A stretch of 55,286 bases of DNA from NCBI GenBank assembly GCA_963575745.1, contig CAUYUJ010000169.1, positions 62,001 through 117,286 of the forward strand. The letters run 5' to 3'. Below, piece after piece: positions 9,621 to 21,924 of the stretch (positions are counted from its first letter, which is position 1; each line of letters begins with the position of its first letter). Source of the stretch: Prorocentrum cordatum (taxonomy: Eukaryota). The notes under the pieces were generated by a model. The model saw only the letters and a list, made by a program, of their open reading frames with translations, was not told the DNA's origin and made no database searches. Position numbers and translations under genes: made by a program.

Positions 9621-12600
9621 CTGGTGATGGCGTAGGCAGCTCCTGTTGGTACTCGTCGTAGAAGTCGGCCCACGTCGGCATGGCTTCGGCGTCGTGTCCC
9701 GCACGTGCACGGTACCTGCCCAAGATGGGCTCCCAGGTGTCGACCATCAGCTTCAGCATGTCCTTGGTGTTAGCAACAATGGCGTTGGCAGGGAGGATGT
9801 CGGGGACTTGCGCAGGTGGTGGTTCACGAGGGTGGTCTTCGTCGCTGTCCGTGTCGGGCGAACTACCGTCGCTGGGGCTGAAGCCGCCAGCTTCGGTGTC
9901 AGCGTCGCTGTCGTCCGTGCAAGCTTCGTCAGGTTTACAGGCGTTGGTGTCGCAGTGGAGTTGCGTATCGTCAGGAGTGGTAGGCGTGCGGAGATACGCC
10001 GTGGGCGAGCTGTCAGCAGCCCGTGCGTATATGGCCGCCTTTCGCCCGCTTGGCTCCCGGACGCCCTCAGCCCATATCCTGATGCGTTCAGCTTTGGCAC
10101 GGTTCGCGCGTCGCGCCAGCTCCAAGTCGAGGTGTTGGATCAAAACGTCAAGGTGCTCTCCGTGCGGCACTGGCTCGTCGGGGGACCAGGCCTCGGGGAA
10201 GTCTAGGAGACCCGTGGGGCGCAGCTTGTGGCATAAGAGGCGGGCCGCGGCCCACGTGCAGTCGATGCGCTGCGCGAGGTACGGCGGGATGGCACGGCAA
10301 TCCAAATGATGGTGCAGTCCGATGAAACGGAGCTCGCAGAGTTGCCGATGGAGCTTGCGCAGTCGGTTCATGTGTATCGTGGAAGCTCCGTAGGTGGGGA
10401 AGGCGCGGGGGACAACTGGTCGATCTTCGAACGTGGGCGTGAGCCCGTGCATGGTGGGGGGCTTCTTTTTTGGGTGGTCGGACGGTGGAGGTGGCAGGTC
10501 GCGCAGACGGGTGAAATGGCACTCATGACTGGCCTCGTTAGCCAGGGCGAACATGCGCTCCACGTCGTCTCGTGTGTCGGCCTGCTCCATGCGGTCCTGA
10601 TATCGCTCAGCGATGAGGGTCCCTAGTGCCTGCAGCTCGTGACCCTCATGAGCTCCATCGTCGGGCGGATAGGGCGTGGGGGCATGAAGACGTCGGGCCG
10701 TATGGTCGAGGCGACTGAGGTCAAGCGTGACCTGCAGGCCAACGTGAGACTTCGCAGGCAAGTCGCGAAGGTAACAGAAGTCGGTGACAAGGGATCGCGC
10801 CGCTTGGTTGGCAATGATATAGTCGATGCGCGAAGTGCGGGGGCTCTTGGTGAGGCGGTCCCAGTCAGGGATATTGCCGTAAGTGTGCATGGTGTGGTCT
10901 GGTGTGCCCTCAGCAACGTTGAACCATCCGTGCTGCAACATGTGCAGAAGGTGTGGATTGTCGTCAATGTTCGTATTGGCGTCCATGCAGATGAAGTAAG
11001 GGGCTGAGCCGACCCTAGCGGCGGCGCAGTCAGCGAGCCGAAAAAGAGCTGTGCTGTCTCCTCCAGCAATCCCGTAGAGGCTCGCTATGTAGATCCCCGC
11101 GGGCCCGTGGTTGTTTCGTCGCCGCCTGTGGCGGTGTTGAGTGCAGAGCGGGAGAAAGACCTCGTGCCATCTTTTCTTGGCCTTGAGGGCGGCGATACAG
11201 GGCGTATTGTCGTCGACAGTGGAGTCGACGATGGCATCCTTAGAGAGAATGGCGACCCCTCCCGAGGCGCCAGTGTTTCCCACAACGGTGTGATCAGTGC
11301 CGCCGTGGGCAGCTCTGCGATGGGCTCGCGCCAGATCAAGGTCAGGTCCAAGACTGGCGTGGTATCCACCGTGGAGAGGATTGGCGGCGCTGGTAGCGAT
11401 GGCTTGCCTAGTCGGCTTGGCGTGTCGGGTCTCCTGCAGTGCTATGACAGCGGCATTGTGGTCGACACCAAGGGCGGTGATGGTTGGCCAGTTCGCTGAG
11501 AGACTGGTGATGTTAAGGCTGACGAGGTGTATGGAGCGACCTGGCCCGTCTCCATCGGTGGAACTGGGGTTTGCACGCCCCGCACGGTGAAGGTCGGCTT
11601 GACCCTCACCCAGGTAGGAGGCTTGGCCACAGTAGGAGCTCATGGCGTTCCCATGGATTAGCTTGACCGGGGCTGAAGCCGCCGTCAGGCCAGAAATATA
11701 GGCGGGACACGGTCGGCATTGCGCCAGGGGGGGTTCATAAATGTCAGTATAAATGTTACGAAAATTCCTCCTCACTCCAGTACCGTAGGGGACGAGGGGA
11801 GGAGAGGTGAGACGGCAGCAGAGGGGGAGGGAGGCGACTCCTCGATCCGTCCTGCCGAGCACAAAAACAAAAGCGAACCAGCGGCGGCGGCTAGGCGCGG
11901 CGGCGGCACAACGCACGCGCATGTACTGCGCACGCGACACCGCTGGTCCCTCCTGCGGTGGCGCGCCCGCCCCGTCAGTATCTTGATGAGCAGCATCTGG
12001 TGGAACAGCTCCAGCAGCACGGTCGGAGGCCTGGCGCTGGGCCTCTTCCATGCCCGCTGCCGTGAGGCCCACGTTGCGGACAGGGCTGATTCCCCGCGGG
12101 GCCGCCGCAGCCGCAGCAGCCGAGGTGGCGGGGGCTCCGCCCCGACTCTGAGGGGAGAGCGGTGAGCCCCCGCCGAAACCCGCCACAAGGTTCTTGACAC
12201 GGTACTTGTTCTTGAACGGGTCGAAGGTTGGCGCCTCGTCGATGGGGACGATCACGCGGGTGAGCAGCGGCGGCTCGTGGTCCGTGGACGGCGTCGGCGA
12301 GAGGTCGACCTGGCCAGGATCAATGACGCTGGCTCCGAAGCGTGGCACCACTTCGGGGGCTCGGCCATCGGCCTGAGTCTCGCGAGGCGGCGAGCTCGGG
12401 GAGCTCCCTGGGGCCTTGCGTGAACTGTGGCGGCTGCAGGTCCTGCTGCGCGGGACGCGCCCGCCCGTGTGGCGGTCGCGTGGCGAGGTCGCCTGCGCAT
12501 TAGCACGCTCGGAATCCGCCCTGCTCGGGGATCGGATCGGCGCCGCGCAGGGTGATGGGCTGGGCTGGCGAGGGGCGCTTATGCCGCCTTCCGCCGTGGC

Positions 12601-13305
12601 TGTGGCCTGGTCGGGGTCGACCGCGTCGGGGCGGGGGCTGACGTGGTGGGCGCTTCCCTCGCTGTGCCGCGGGGAGGCGCTGTGATGCGCCTGGATGTGC
12701 GTGAGGACGAGCGGGGTAAGCGGCTGCCTCCCCCGCTCAGGTGGGGCAGGTTTTGCCTGGGCAGGGCGCAGTGCTGCAGCTACGTTTGGCGGGGGCGTGT
12801 GCTGGCGAGGTTGCCAAGCGCGCACGTTCGCATCACGCCATCCTTCGGGGCGCCCAGCCCTGCCACGGTTTGTTGCAGCCCCCTGGGCTGAAGCCGCAGG
12901 GGTTATCACTGCGGGCTGGTTTCTGGAGGAGCCATCCTGTCGGCCTGAGTAAAGGCCCCAGGCGCGCGTAGACCCTGGCACTGGCGAGGTGGCCCTTAGG
13001 GCCTGCACGGGTGCACGCGGGTAGCCGATGACCGCTGGGTGTACCCTAGCATGGGGGGCGTGGCCGTAGCTGGAGGCGGCTGCTCCAGCAGCCGCGGGCC
13101 TGGCGCCTATGGGGCCACGGTAGTAGGCGGCAACCCCGTCGTAGGCCGTGTTGCCGCCTGTCGGGACTCGCGCCGGGGAGCGGTAGCGTGGCGTGCCGTG
13201 CTGTCCTGCGTCACGTTTGTCCCGCTGCTGGATGCGCTGCTGGTGCTGTTGGTGACGCTGCCAGTCGGCTCTCGAGAGGGGACGGGTGTCGGGGAGGATG
13301 GTGGG
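9526..13305 (-). CDS. LINE A polyprotein, N-terminal part: low-complexity region plus AP-endonuclease domain (~10720-11535)
   Basis: APE motifs LVSLNI, IALQETRH, GGVAIL, IASLYG, ICMDAN, SRIDYI, SHVGLQV. The frame switches to ORF 6375..9710 near 9603-9620. The ORF-track extension across the N gap is not real. Confidence 0.85.
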   Translation of the reverse strand, partial: PTILPDTRPLSRADWQRHQQHQQRIQQRDKRDAGQHGTPRYRSPARVPTGGNTAYDGVAAYYRGPIGARPAAAGAAASSYGHAPHARVHPAVIGYPRAPVQALRATSPVPGSTRAWGLYSGRQDGSSRNQPAVITPAASAQGAATNRGRAGRPEGWRDANVRAWQPRQHTPPPNVAAALRPAQAKPAPPERGRQPLTPLVLTHIQAHHSASPRHSEGSAHHVSPRPDAVDPDQATATAEGGISAPRQPSPSPCAAPIRSPSRADSERANAQATSPRDRHTGGRVPRSRTCSRHSSRKAPGSSPSSPPRETQADGRAPEVVPRFGASVIDPGQVDLSPTPSTDHEPPLLTRVIVPIDEAPTFDPFKNKYRVKNLVAGFGGGSPLSPQSRGGAPATSAAAAAAAPRGISPVRNVGLTAAGMEEAQRQASDRAAGAVPPDAAHQDTDGAGAPPQEGPAVSRAQYMRVRCAAAAPSRRRWFAFVFVLGRTDRGVASLPLCCRLTSPPLVPYGTGVRRNFRNIYTDIYEPPLAQCRPCPAYISGLTAASAPVKLIHGNAMSSYCGQASYLGEGQADLHRAGRANPSSTDGDGPGRSIHLVSLNITSLSANWPTITALGVDHNAAVIALQETRHAKPTRQAIATSAANPLHGGYHASLGPDLDLARAHRRAAHGGTDHTVVGNTGASGGVAILSKDAIVDSTVDDNTPCIAALKAKKRWHEVFLPLCTQHRHRRRRNNHGPAGIYIASLYGIAGGDSTALFRLADCAAARVGSAPYFICMDANTNIDDNPHLLHMLQHGWFNVAEGTPDHTMHTYGNIPDWDRLTKSPRTSRIDYIIANQAARSLVTDFCYLRDLPAKSHVGLQVTLDLSRLDHTARRLHAPTPYPPDDGAHEGHELQALGTLIAERYQDRMEQADTRDDVERMFALANEASHECHFTRLRDLPPPPSDHPKKKPPTMHGLTPTFEDRPVVPRAFPTYGASTIHMNRLRKLHRQLCELRFIGLHHHLDCRAIPPYLAQRIDCTWAAARLLCHKLRPTGLLDFPEAWSPDEPVPHGEHLDVLIQHLDLELARRANRAKAERIRIWAEGVREPSGRKAAIYARAADSSPTAYLRTPTTPDDTQLHCDTNACKPDEACTDDSDADTEAGGFSPSDGSSPDTDSDEDHPREPPPAQVPDILPANAIVANTKDMLKLMVDTWEPILGRYRARAGHDAEAMPTWADFYDEYQQELPTPSPATPFPPHRRPTHPLHSHPFTAPRGGTGRLDY

Positions 13306-13405
13306 NNNNNNNNNNNNNNNNNNNNNNNNNNNNNNNNNNNNNNNNNNNNNNNNNNNNNNNNNNNNNNNNNNNNNNNNNNNNNNNNNNNNNNNNNNNNNNN
13401 NNNNN
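13306..13405. other. Assembly gap (100 N)
   Basis: Run of N. Confidence 1.
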
Positions 13406-15029
13406 ATGCCAAATTCCTCTTTGAAACTTGAAGGAAAATCGCAGATTGTTGTGTACTCCCTCTTTCGATTCCGATGGGCCCCCGGGGCCTCCAGATGGCT
13501 CCAATATGTCCCACGGGGGCTCAAATAGACGCCCAATATTGCCCCAAAGCGGCCCCGAGAGCGCACAAACGCACCCAGAGAGCGCCTCAAGAGGCCCCCA
13601 ACAAGCGACTGTGGCTCAAGAGGGGCGCCGTAAAATAAGGACCCCCCCCTCTTTGATCGATCCGTTCCAAAATTGTCTCAAGAATGCCTCCAAAGCCCCC
13701 GACAAGGCCCAAATATGGCCCCAAGAGGCCACGCGAGGCCACCCAAACGCCCCCAAATGGTCCCCAAACGGCCCTTCAGAAGCACCCGAGACGCCCCAAG
13801 AGGTCCCGGGGGCCGCCAAGAGAACGCCAACGCCTTCCAAGATATATCCAAAAGGAATTCCTCCTGCTGCTTCTCGCTCCTCCCTCATCCCCCCTCCTCT
13901 CATCATCCGCCTGCTCCTCATCCTTTTCCCTTCTTCATCATCAATCCTTCTCCTCCCCATTATGCTTCTCCTCCTCCTCCTCCTTCGACCGATAACGGCT
14001 GCCCCTCTTCGTTCCGACATATCCCTAATCACCTCAACTCGGCTGGGCGTCCTTTCTGGATGGGCTGGTGATCGCGCGCTGGCACCGGTTGCATTTGAAA
14101 GGCGTTATCCTCCTCACTTGCAGGTTTGGAACATGCTGCCCTTGAAGAGCGCGAGGCAGAAAAGGCCGCTCAAGTGCAACCGCTCTGGGCGCGGGGCCCG
14201 GCGGCAGAAAAAAAAAAAAAACGCGTCTCGACAGCAGCAGGTTCCAGTTGCTCTTGAAGTGCGCTTGGTTTCTCACCACCAGGTTGCGCGCCGGGGGCGG
14301 CTGCGTTTGACGGGCGGTTTCTTCCTCATTTGCAAAATTGGGACATGCTTCCATCGAGGCGCGCGACGAAGAAAAGGCCACTCAAGTGGAACCGCTCTCG
14401 GCCCAGAATCTGGCGACAAGAGACCAAGCCCTTTTTCACGAGCATTCTCCTAACGGGCGGTGTCTTGCCAGCGTGCCTCCACCTCCCTCCTGCGCCGGCT
14501 GCGCCCCTCATCCCCATGCTGCTCATCCACCGCGTGCCCCCCTCAACTTCGCGACGGTTTCTCTCTGAACCTCCTGCGTGGGGTCGGAGGAGATGGGGTC
14601 GGAGGATCACGCTGCATAACCGATGCATCGCCGATGCGGTTCGATGCGGGGCCTGATTTGCGTCGCGCCGACGTCGCCGATGCACCGCCGGCGTCTTTGA
14701 TGCATCGCTTGTGCGTCGCCGATGTTTCGCCGATGTATCGGCGATGCGGCGAGATCCCCCGACCCATCTACTCGGGCCCATCTAGGAGGCGTCTATGCTC
14801 CGCCGCCGCAGTCCCCCCTGCGCGTTACAGCGCTGGTCGCCGCGCTGGCCCCCGACGCCGTCTACGCCTGGCACGCGCCAGCGCGACTGCGCGCCAAATC
14901 TGGCTTTCGCAACCGCGAGTTCGCGGGCTCGATATCGAAAACATGCATCACCTGGGTAATTTAAGCCATCATATGTAATTCGCACCAGCCCTTTAGGGCG
15001 TGATTGGTTGACAACGTTTCCCTTTTACC

Positions 15030-16060
15030 ACCGCCCCTTCCCCCTCCTCCTCCTCCTCCCCCTCCTCCTCCTCCTCCTCCTCCTCCTCCCCCTCCCCCTC
15101 TTCCTCCTCCTCCTCCTCCTCCTGGCGCAGTCTCCTGGTGGTGGTCGCCAGTGTTCGCAGGGCAAACCCCTCCTCCTCCTCCTCCTCCTCCTCCTCCTCC
15201 TCCTCCTCCTCCTTCCCCTCCTTCCCCTTCTCCCCCTCCTCCTCCTCTTCCTCCTCCTCCTCTCCATCCTCCTCCTCTTCCTCCTCCTCCTCCTCCTCCT
15301 TCTCCTCCTCCTCCCTCTACTCCTTCTACTCCCTCCCTTCTTCGATGTGTCGGGCCGGACGAATGGAAGGGATTGGGAACAAGGGGGGGTGCGAAATCTG
15401 TCGCACGCAGCTGGCCCCACCGAAGGGCCCACCCGTCGATGCATAGCCGCCTCTGGCGCCGGGGGGCGCCGGGAAAATCAGCTACGCGAGCTGATTCTCA
15501 AGACCCCCCTTTGCTATGCCTTTTGCTATCCCCCCCTTTCGACCAACCCGACTTTGCCGCGCGGGGCGGACGGCGCGCCTTGCCTTTCGGCCTCTTCCCC
15601 TATCCTTCGTCCGCCGCCAATATCCTCCTCCTCTCCTCCCCCCCCTCCTCTCCCCCCCTCCCCCCCCTCCCCCTCCTCCTCCTTTTCCTCCTCCTCCCCC
15701 TCCCCCTCATCCTCTCCTCCTTTCCTCCTCCTCCTCCTCCTCCCCCTCCTCATCCTCATCCTCCTCATGTTTTTCCTTTTACTTCAATGCTGGCCGCCGC
15801 CGCTCTCTCTCCAGTGGGCCGGACCGGCGGCCAGCTCGGTCTCCCTGGTGCTGGCGCCCTGTTCGTGCACCTGCGCGTCCCTTTGGAGAGATGCGCCGAT
15901 CCCCCAGAGCGTGCGCCTTGGGCCTTGGCAGACGCGCGGATGTCAAACAATTGTCGTCCTCCTCCTTTTTCTTCTCCTCCTCCTCCTCCTCCTCCTCTTC
16001 TCCTCCTCCTCCTTCTCCTCCTCCTCCTCCTCCTCCTCTCCCCCCCTGCCCCCCTTTGCC
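15030..16060. repeat. (CCT)n low-complexity tracts with an embedded ~200-bp MITE-like element (~15350-15551)
   Basis: Visible triplet repeats. The insert shares GGGAAAATCAGCTACG(C/T)GAGCTGATTCTCAA with 21128-21322. Confidence 0.8.
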
Positions 16061-16549
16061 CCGTGCTCCCGCCCCCCATCCTTGGAGATGAGGAACAAAA
16101 CGCGTCTCAAATGCAACCTCCCGTTTGCTAGAAAACATCACGCCGCCAGAACCGCCAAGCGATCTCGTTTGCACCTTCGCCCCCCTCCTGCGCCCACCAC
16201 CCTGCCCCCCTGCGCCCCCCCCCCGCGCCAGGCCTCCGAGGTCGCGGAGGAGGCCGCTGCGGTCGTCCAGGGCGGCCGCGCCGCGCGCCGCCGCGCGGCG
16301 CGGGCCGTGCGGCGGCGGCGGCGGCGGCGCGTCGTTGGCGGCGGCCGCAGCAGCAGCGGCGGCGACGACGACGCGACCGCGAGCAAGCGTTGCCCCCTCC
16401 GGCCTCCAGGGGCCTCCAATAATTTCGGGGGCTTCCGGGGACTTGGATCCGGGGGGGGCAGCGCTCGCCGAGCGTCGTCGTCGTCGCCCCCTGAGATCCG
16501 TGCCCGACGGGCCCCGCAAGTCAAAATCCAGGGAAAAGCGCCTGACTGA

Positions 16550-17080
16550 AAACATCACATCCTCGGATCTCTAGGTCGTCGTCGTCGTTGTCGTTTTCGA
16601 CCCGCGGCCCCAGAGGTCCCGCCCCTTCGCGGGGAGTGGTTTTTCGCCCCTGAACCCTTTTCAATGGCCCCCAGGCCCGACGACGGGCCCCGCGTGCCGA
16701 AATCCAAGAACAAACCGCCGGACTGAAACAATCACATCCTCGGATCTGTGGGTCGTCGTCGTCGTCAACGTCGTTTTCAATCCGCGGCCCCAGAGGTCCC
16801 GCCCTCTCCCTGGGAGTGTTTTTTTCGCGCGGAAGCCCCGTTCGATGACCTCGGGCCCGACGACGGGCCCCGCGTGCCGAAATCCAAGGAAAAACGCCAA
16901 ATGGAAAAAAAGCACATCCTCGGATCTCTGGGCTGTCGCGGTCGTCTCCCCGGGAGTGGTTTTTCGCCCTGGAGCCATTTTCGATGGCCCCTGGGCCCGA
17001 CGACGGGCCTCGAAGTCCAAAACTCAGAAGAAACAAAAAAATATGGAAACACACACACATCCTCGGATCTGTGGGTCGTC
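16550..17080 (+). repeat. ~180-bp tandem repeat, ~3 copies; another copy at ~37705-37865
   Basis: ACATCCTCGGATCT...CCGCGGCCCCAGAGGTCCCGCCC...GGCCCGACGACGGGCC recurs. Confidence 0.85.
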
Positions 17081-17082
17081 GC

Positions 17083-18480
17083 GTCCTCCTTCCTCCTCCT
17101 CCTCTTCCTCCTCTTCCTCCTGCTCCTCCTCCTCCTCCTTCCCCTCCTCCTCCTGTTTCTTCTCCGCGTAGTCGTCTTTTTCTTTTTCTTCTTCTTCTTC
17201 TTCTTCTTCTTTTTCTTCTTCCTCCGCCTCCTCCTCCCCCTCCTCCTCCTCCCCCCCCCTCTCCTCTCCTCCTCCTCCTCCTCCTCCTCCTTCTCCTTCT
17301 CCTCCTCCTCCTCCCCCTCCTCCTCCTCCTCCTCCCTCCTCCTCCTCCCCCTCCTCCCCCCCTGCCTCCTCCTCCTCCCCCCTCCTCCCTCCTCCTCCTC
17401 CCCCTCCACCTCCTCCTCCTCTCCTCCTCTGTCTCCTCCTCCTCTTCCTCCTCCTCCCCCTCCTCCTCCTGCTCCCCGTCCTCCTCCTCCCCCTCCTCCT
17501 CCTCCTCTTTCCCCTCCTCGCCCCCTCGTCCACCTCCTGTTTCTCCTCCTCGTCGTCGTCGTTGTCGTCGGTTGTCGTCCGCTGCCGTCCGTCGTCCGTC
17601 CGTCCGTCCGTCCGTCCGTCCGTCCGTCCGTCCGTCGTCCACGTCGTCTATCATCGTCGTCGTCCTTCGTCGTCGTCGTCCGCCATCGTCGTCGTCCGTC
17701 GTCGTCGTCGTTCACCGTCGTCGTCTTCCGTCGCTGTCCGTTGTCGTCGTCGTCGTCGTCCGTCGTCGCCCGTTCGTCGTCGCCGTCGCCCGTCGTCGTC
17801 GCCCGTCGTCGTCGTCGTCGTCGTCCGTCGTCGTCGTCGTCCATCATCGTCGTCGTCGTCGCCCCTCTTTAAATTCGTCGTCGTCGTTGTCGTCCTCGCC
17901 GTCGTCGTCATCCGCCGTCGCCGTCCGTCGTCGTCGCCCGTCGTCGTCGCCCGTCGTCGTCGTCGTCGTCGTTGTCGTCGTCGTCCGTTGTCGTCGTTGT
18001 CGTCGTCGTCCGTCGTCGTCGTCGTCGTCCGGCGTCATTGTCGTCCATCGTCGTCGTCGTCGTCGCCCCTCTTTGAATTCGTCGTCGTCGTTGTCGTCCT
18101 CGCCGTCGTCGTCATCCGCCGTCGCCGTCCGTCCTCGTCGCCCGTCGTCGTCGCCCGTCGTCGTCGTCGTCGTTGTCGTCGTCGTCCGTTGTCGTCGTTG
18201 TCGTCGTCGTCCGTCGTCGTCGTCGTCGTCCGGCGTCATTGTCGTCGTCCGCGGTCGTGGTCGTCTGTAATCATCGGTGTCCGTCTGTGGTCATCGGTGT
18301 CCGTCGTCGTTGTCGGTGTCCGTCGCGTCGTTCGCCCGTGGTCGTGGTCGTCGGCGTCCGTCGTCGTCGTCGTCGTCGGCGTCCGCCGTCGTCGTCGACG
18401 TCGTCGTCGTCGTCTTCTCCGCCTCCTCCTCCTCCTCCTCTTCCGTTTCTTCCTCCTTTTCCTCCTCCTCGTTTTTCTCC
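17083..18480. repeat. (CCT)n, (CGTC)n and (GTC)n microsatellite block
   Basis: Directly visible. Confidence 0.95.
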
Positions 18481-19119
18481 TGGCGGACATGTTTTTGCCC
18501 ACGGCCGTCGAGGATCGAGGCAGGGCGTTTTCGGGCGTTTTCGGTGAACTTTGGCCGTCGTCGGCTTCCTGGAGCCCAGGGGCCTACTGGGGCTTCGCGG
18601 GGGGCGCTGCCTGGCTAGCCCCGACATTGCCCTGGCGCGGCCCCCATGCCGCGCCTTTGCGCACAACGAGTTTGGAGAATTTGTCGCCCCCTGGCTCCCA
18701 GCAGCTCCCTCTAAACAACGGCCAGCATGTGTCTGTGTAGGTACGCATGGATGCAAGGGGGGTCTGAAACCGCCCTAAGCACGGGCGCTTCGAAAGCCTT
18801 CCGCTGGAAGGGCCTCCCGCGTACAGCTGAACCTAGGATTATGAGCAGCCTTAGCTTTGGAGGAATACCCCGATGTGATTCGTGCTTGGGCTCTCCAACT
18901 TGAAATGGCCTGCGCTTGGCGTGTCTCCATGGGGACTTGAGCTCTCGGCGAATGGGCGCGTGTTCTTGTTGAACGGTCGTGTGCCCATGTCTCGACTGTT
19001 AGAGACTGCAGCGAGGTGTATGCCGATGAAGCAGCTACACCTCGAAGTTTTGCGTGGCTCTGTACCAACAACAAATGTACCAATCGATGTGCATTGTGAG
19101 TGTGCATGCTTCCTGCTGT

Positions 19120-19720
19120 GGCTCGCGTCGTCGCCGTCGCCGGGCGCGGCGCGGAGGCCCAGCGCCTCTGGCCACGCCGACGCGGCCGCGGGCGTCGCCG
19201 TCGGTCTGTCGTGGTCGGTCGTGGTCGGTCGTGGTCAGTCGTCGTGGTCGGTCGTGGTCAGTCGTCGGCGTCGTCGCCGGCGTCGTCGTCGTCGCCGTCG
19301 CCGGCGGCGGCGTCGTCGCCGTCGCCCTCACCCTCGCCGTCGTCGGCGTCGTCGTCGTCGCCGTCGGCGTCGTCGTCGTCGGGCGCGGCGCGGAGGCCCA
19401 GCGCCTCGGGCGACGCCGACGCGGCCGCGGGCGCCGCCCCCGCCGCGCCGCGGCCCGCGGCGCAGCCCGGGGGACCCACGCCGCCGGCGAGCGGCAGGCC
19501 GGCGCCGCCGCCGCCGAGCCGCCTCGGACGACGACGACGCCGCCGACGCCGCCGACGATGACGGACGACCGCGACGCCGTCGGCGACGACGCCGACGAAG
19601 GCGACGACGACGACCCCGCCGACGCCGACGCCGACGCCGCCGACGAAGAGGGCGGCGGCGGCGACGACGGCGTCGACGACGACGACGACGACGACGGGGA
19701 CGATGACGACAGCGGCGACG
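19120..19720. repeat. (GTC)n followed by (GAC)n degenerate triplet tracts
   Basis: Directly visible; the two halves are mutually complementary. Confidence 0.85.
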
Positions 19721-20714
19721 AGCCTCCAGAGGGTCACATAGGCCAGATGCTTTCGACGCGTTCGCTGGTTCCCGGAGGTGTTCCAGCCTCGGGTTGTTTT
19801 TCAGCGGCTCCGCCACGTCGAAGGCGTTCCGGGGCTACCCGGATTGTCCCGAACGGCCGCCGAAGGCCCGTGTCATGGCCCGGCGGCGCCGCCGACGGCG
19901 ACGAGCCCTCCTCGGGGGCAACGATAGGGGGGATAGGCTCAGGGGAGGATGCATCGACACCCCATTGGCCCAATGATCGTCGGCCCCCCGCCCGGGAAGG
20001 TGCGCACTCGCTATTGAGAGCCCATCGCCGAGATATCGGCGATGTACCGCTGCTTATCGATATTTCCCCCCCTGCCCAGACATCTGGCTGCTCCAATTTC
20101 TTTGATGCCGGGGCCCCAGAGGTCCGGACCACTTCCCTAAGGCCGGTGTTTCGTCCTGAGTTGTTTTGTTGACGCTCCCAAGCCCCATCGAGGGCCCCAA
20201 GAGGCCGGAAACGGCCAGAAACCGCCCGCTCCAACTTTTGTCGGCAGCTCATCGCCGAGCTATCGGCAATGCACCGCCGAGACCAGGTGAGCGACGCAAA
20301 AGGGGGGGGGTCGTATTCACCGACATTGGCGCGTAAGTTGCCCGCGTAGGGTCGCGCGTCAGCACTCTCGTCTCCAATATGGCGTGCCGCGCTGGCGGCC
20401 CGCGTGACGAAGCCTCCGCGCAAGGCCGCTACGTCACCTCGCGTACGACCCGTTTCTGTTCGTCGTTCAGGTCGATGTGCCCTGCCCCCCTGAGCCTAGG
20501 CCTCCCAGATGGGGTCCGAGTAGATGGCGTCGGAGAGTCGCGCCGTATCGTCGATGCATCGCCGATGCGGCTCGATGTGGAACCCGAGTATCTCCACGCT
20601 GGCGTCGCCGATGCATCCCCGATGTCGCCGATGCATCGGCGATGCAGCGGCGATGTATTGCCGATGCAACGGCGCTGCATCGGCGACATAAACTTAATTT
20701 TTGGAGCTTTAAAC

Positions 20715-20884
20715 GCCGTAAACATAAACGTTTGGAGCTCCGCGCGGATTTCTTAGATCCGCGCTGGGCGCCCCCGGCAGCGCCTCCGGCGCCGCCCCTG
20801 GCGCGCTCCGCGCGCCACGGAGGGGGGTCCAGCGCAGATCCAAGAAATCTGCGCGGAGCGCCAAGACTTTATGTCTATGCGTTT
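20715..20884. mobile_element. Foldback MITE-like element (second copy at ~54924-55124)
   Basis: Long inverted repeats AAACATAAAC..CTCCGCGCGGATTTCTTAGATC / GATCCAAGAAATCTGCGCGGAG..TTATGTCTATG. Confidence 0.75.
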
Positions 20885-21127
20885 TTACATATTCGAATCT
20901 GCTCCGACAGCATCTTGGACCGAGCATTTTCTTTGGGTGGAGGGCAGTTGGTGAAATCTGAAACGCCGTTTCGATGGACGTTCGAGGCTTGAATCTGCAG
21001 AAGGTGGATCACAAGACGGATTGATTGTCGAGGTGCAGAAGCCCATATGGATTTCACCCTGAGCCTTCCACCCTGAGAGAATGCTCAGTTGGAGGCATCA
21101 AGTGCGCCAGTCCCCCCCCCGATCGTT

Positions 21128-21322
21128 TCGGGTCGGGCGAAAGGGGGGGACTGGGAAAGGGGGGGTTACGAAATTTGCTGCATGCAGCCGGTTTCGGCCT
21201 TACCGAGGGGCCCATTCCTCGATACATAGCCGCCTCCAGCGCCGGGAGGCGCCGGGAAAATCAGCTACGTGAGCTGATTCTCAACCCCCCCCTTTGCTAT
21301 CCCCCCCTTTCGCCCGACCCGA
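21128..21322. mobile_element. MITE-like element with TIRs
   Basis: TIR TCGGGTCGGGCGAAAGGGGGG / CCCCCCTTTCGCCCGACCCGA; flanked by a 5-bp direct repeat TCGTT. Confidence 0.75.
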
Positions 21323-21788
21323 TCGTTGCCTCTCACCTCCAGAGGCCCACAGACCCGGATCTCCGACGATGCGGCTCGCTCTCCCCTTCGGCGGCGCTTC
21401 CTCGGCCTCGCTCGGCCTCTCGTCGGCGGGCCTGTCCTCTTCCAGAGGGGGGGGGGAACACACACAGGCACAAGGGAAAGTAGTCGGAGGTGGAGAGCCC
21501 TCCTACCCCGACACGTCGATTAAGGAATTGGCCGTTTTCGGTTCGCGAGAGGGCGTCGCGGCTGTCATTTTTGCGGGGCCAGGTCCGTCGGTTTCGGTCC
21601 CAGGCCGTTTTCATTAAGGGGAGGTTTATTAACGGGAGGTTTGACCACCGCCGAAGTAGAGGAAGGGAAGTGGAGGGGAACCCAGACCCCCCCGCGCTGT
21701 GACAAAAAATCGCGGCGGCAGGTTTTTCGCTATGATCAGCCTCCCAGGGCCCTCCCTGGGCCTCGGAACTGTCAAAAAACGACTCGGG

Positions 21789-21924
21789 TTAAATCGGGCC
21801 TGTCCCTCTACACGGGGAATATTCAAAAATAGTCAAAAAATTGTCTGGGGACTATTTTTGAATATTTTGGGGCATCTTTGGCGCATTTTTTGAATATTTG
21901 CCTGTAGGGACACGCCCGACTTAA
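21789..21924. mobile_element. hAT-like MITE (family M)
   Basis: TIR TTAA(A/G)TCGGGC..GTCCCT / AGGGACACGCCCGACTTAA; 8-bp TSD GACTCGGG at 21781-21788 and 21925-21932. Confidence 0.85.

Larger units (their letters stand above)
4055..13305 (-). mobile_element. Non-LTR retrotransposon (LINE family A), near full length; 5' end lost in the N gap
   Basis: Encodes APE, RT, a CCHC-type zinc finger and RNase H in that order; its 3' region mirrors 63-3715. Confidence 0.92.

Noticed and set aside
13306..13590. N-terminal extension of ORF 9526..13590
   Set aside because: It crosses the N gap into an unrelated CTCTTGGGG-type repeat.
13608..13621. Second spliced-leader relic (GTGGCTCAAG)
   Set aside because: Only a 9-nt match, inside a repeat, with no coding sequence downstream.
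18740..19110. Possible exon or 3' UTR in a unique-looking lower-GC island
   Set aside because: No recognisable motif or sustained frame.
15004..20172. Long Pro/Leu/Ser/Arg-rich ORFs
   Set aside because: Translations of (CCT)n and (GTC)n microsatellites, open in several frames at once.
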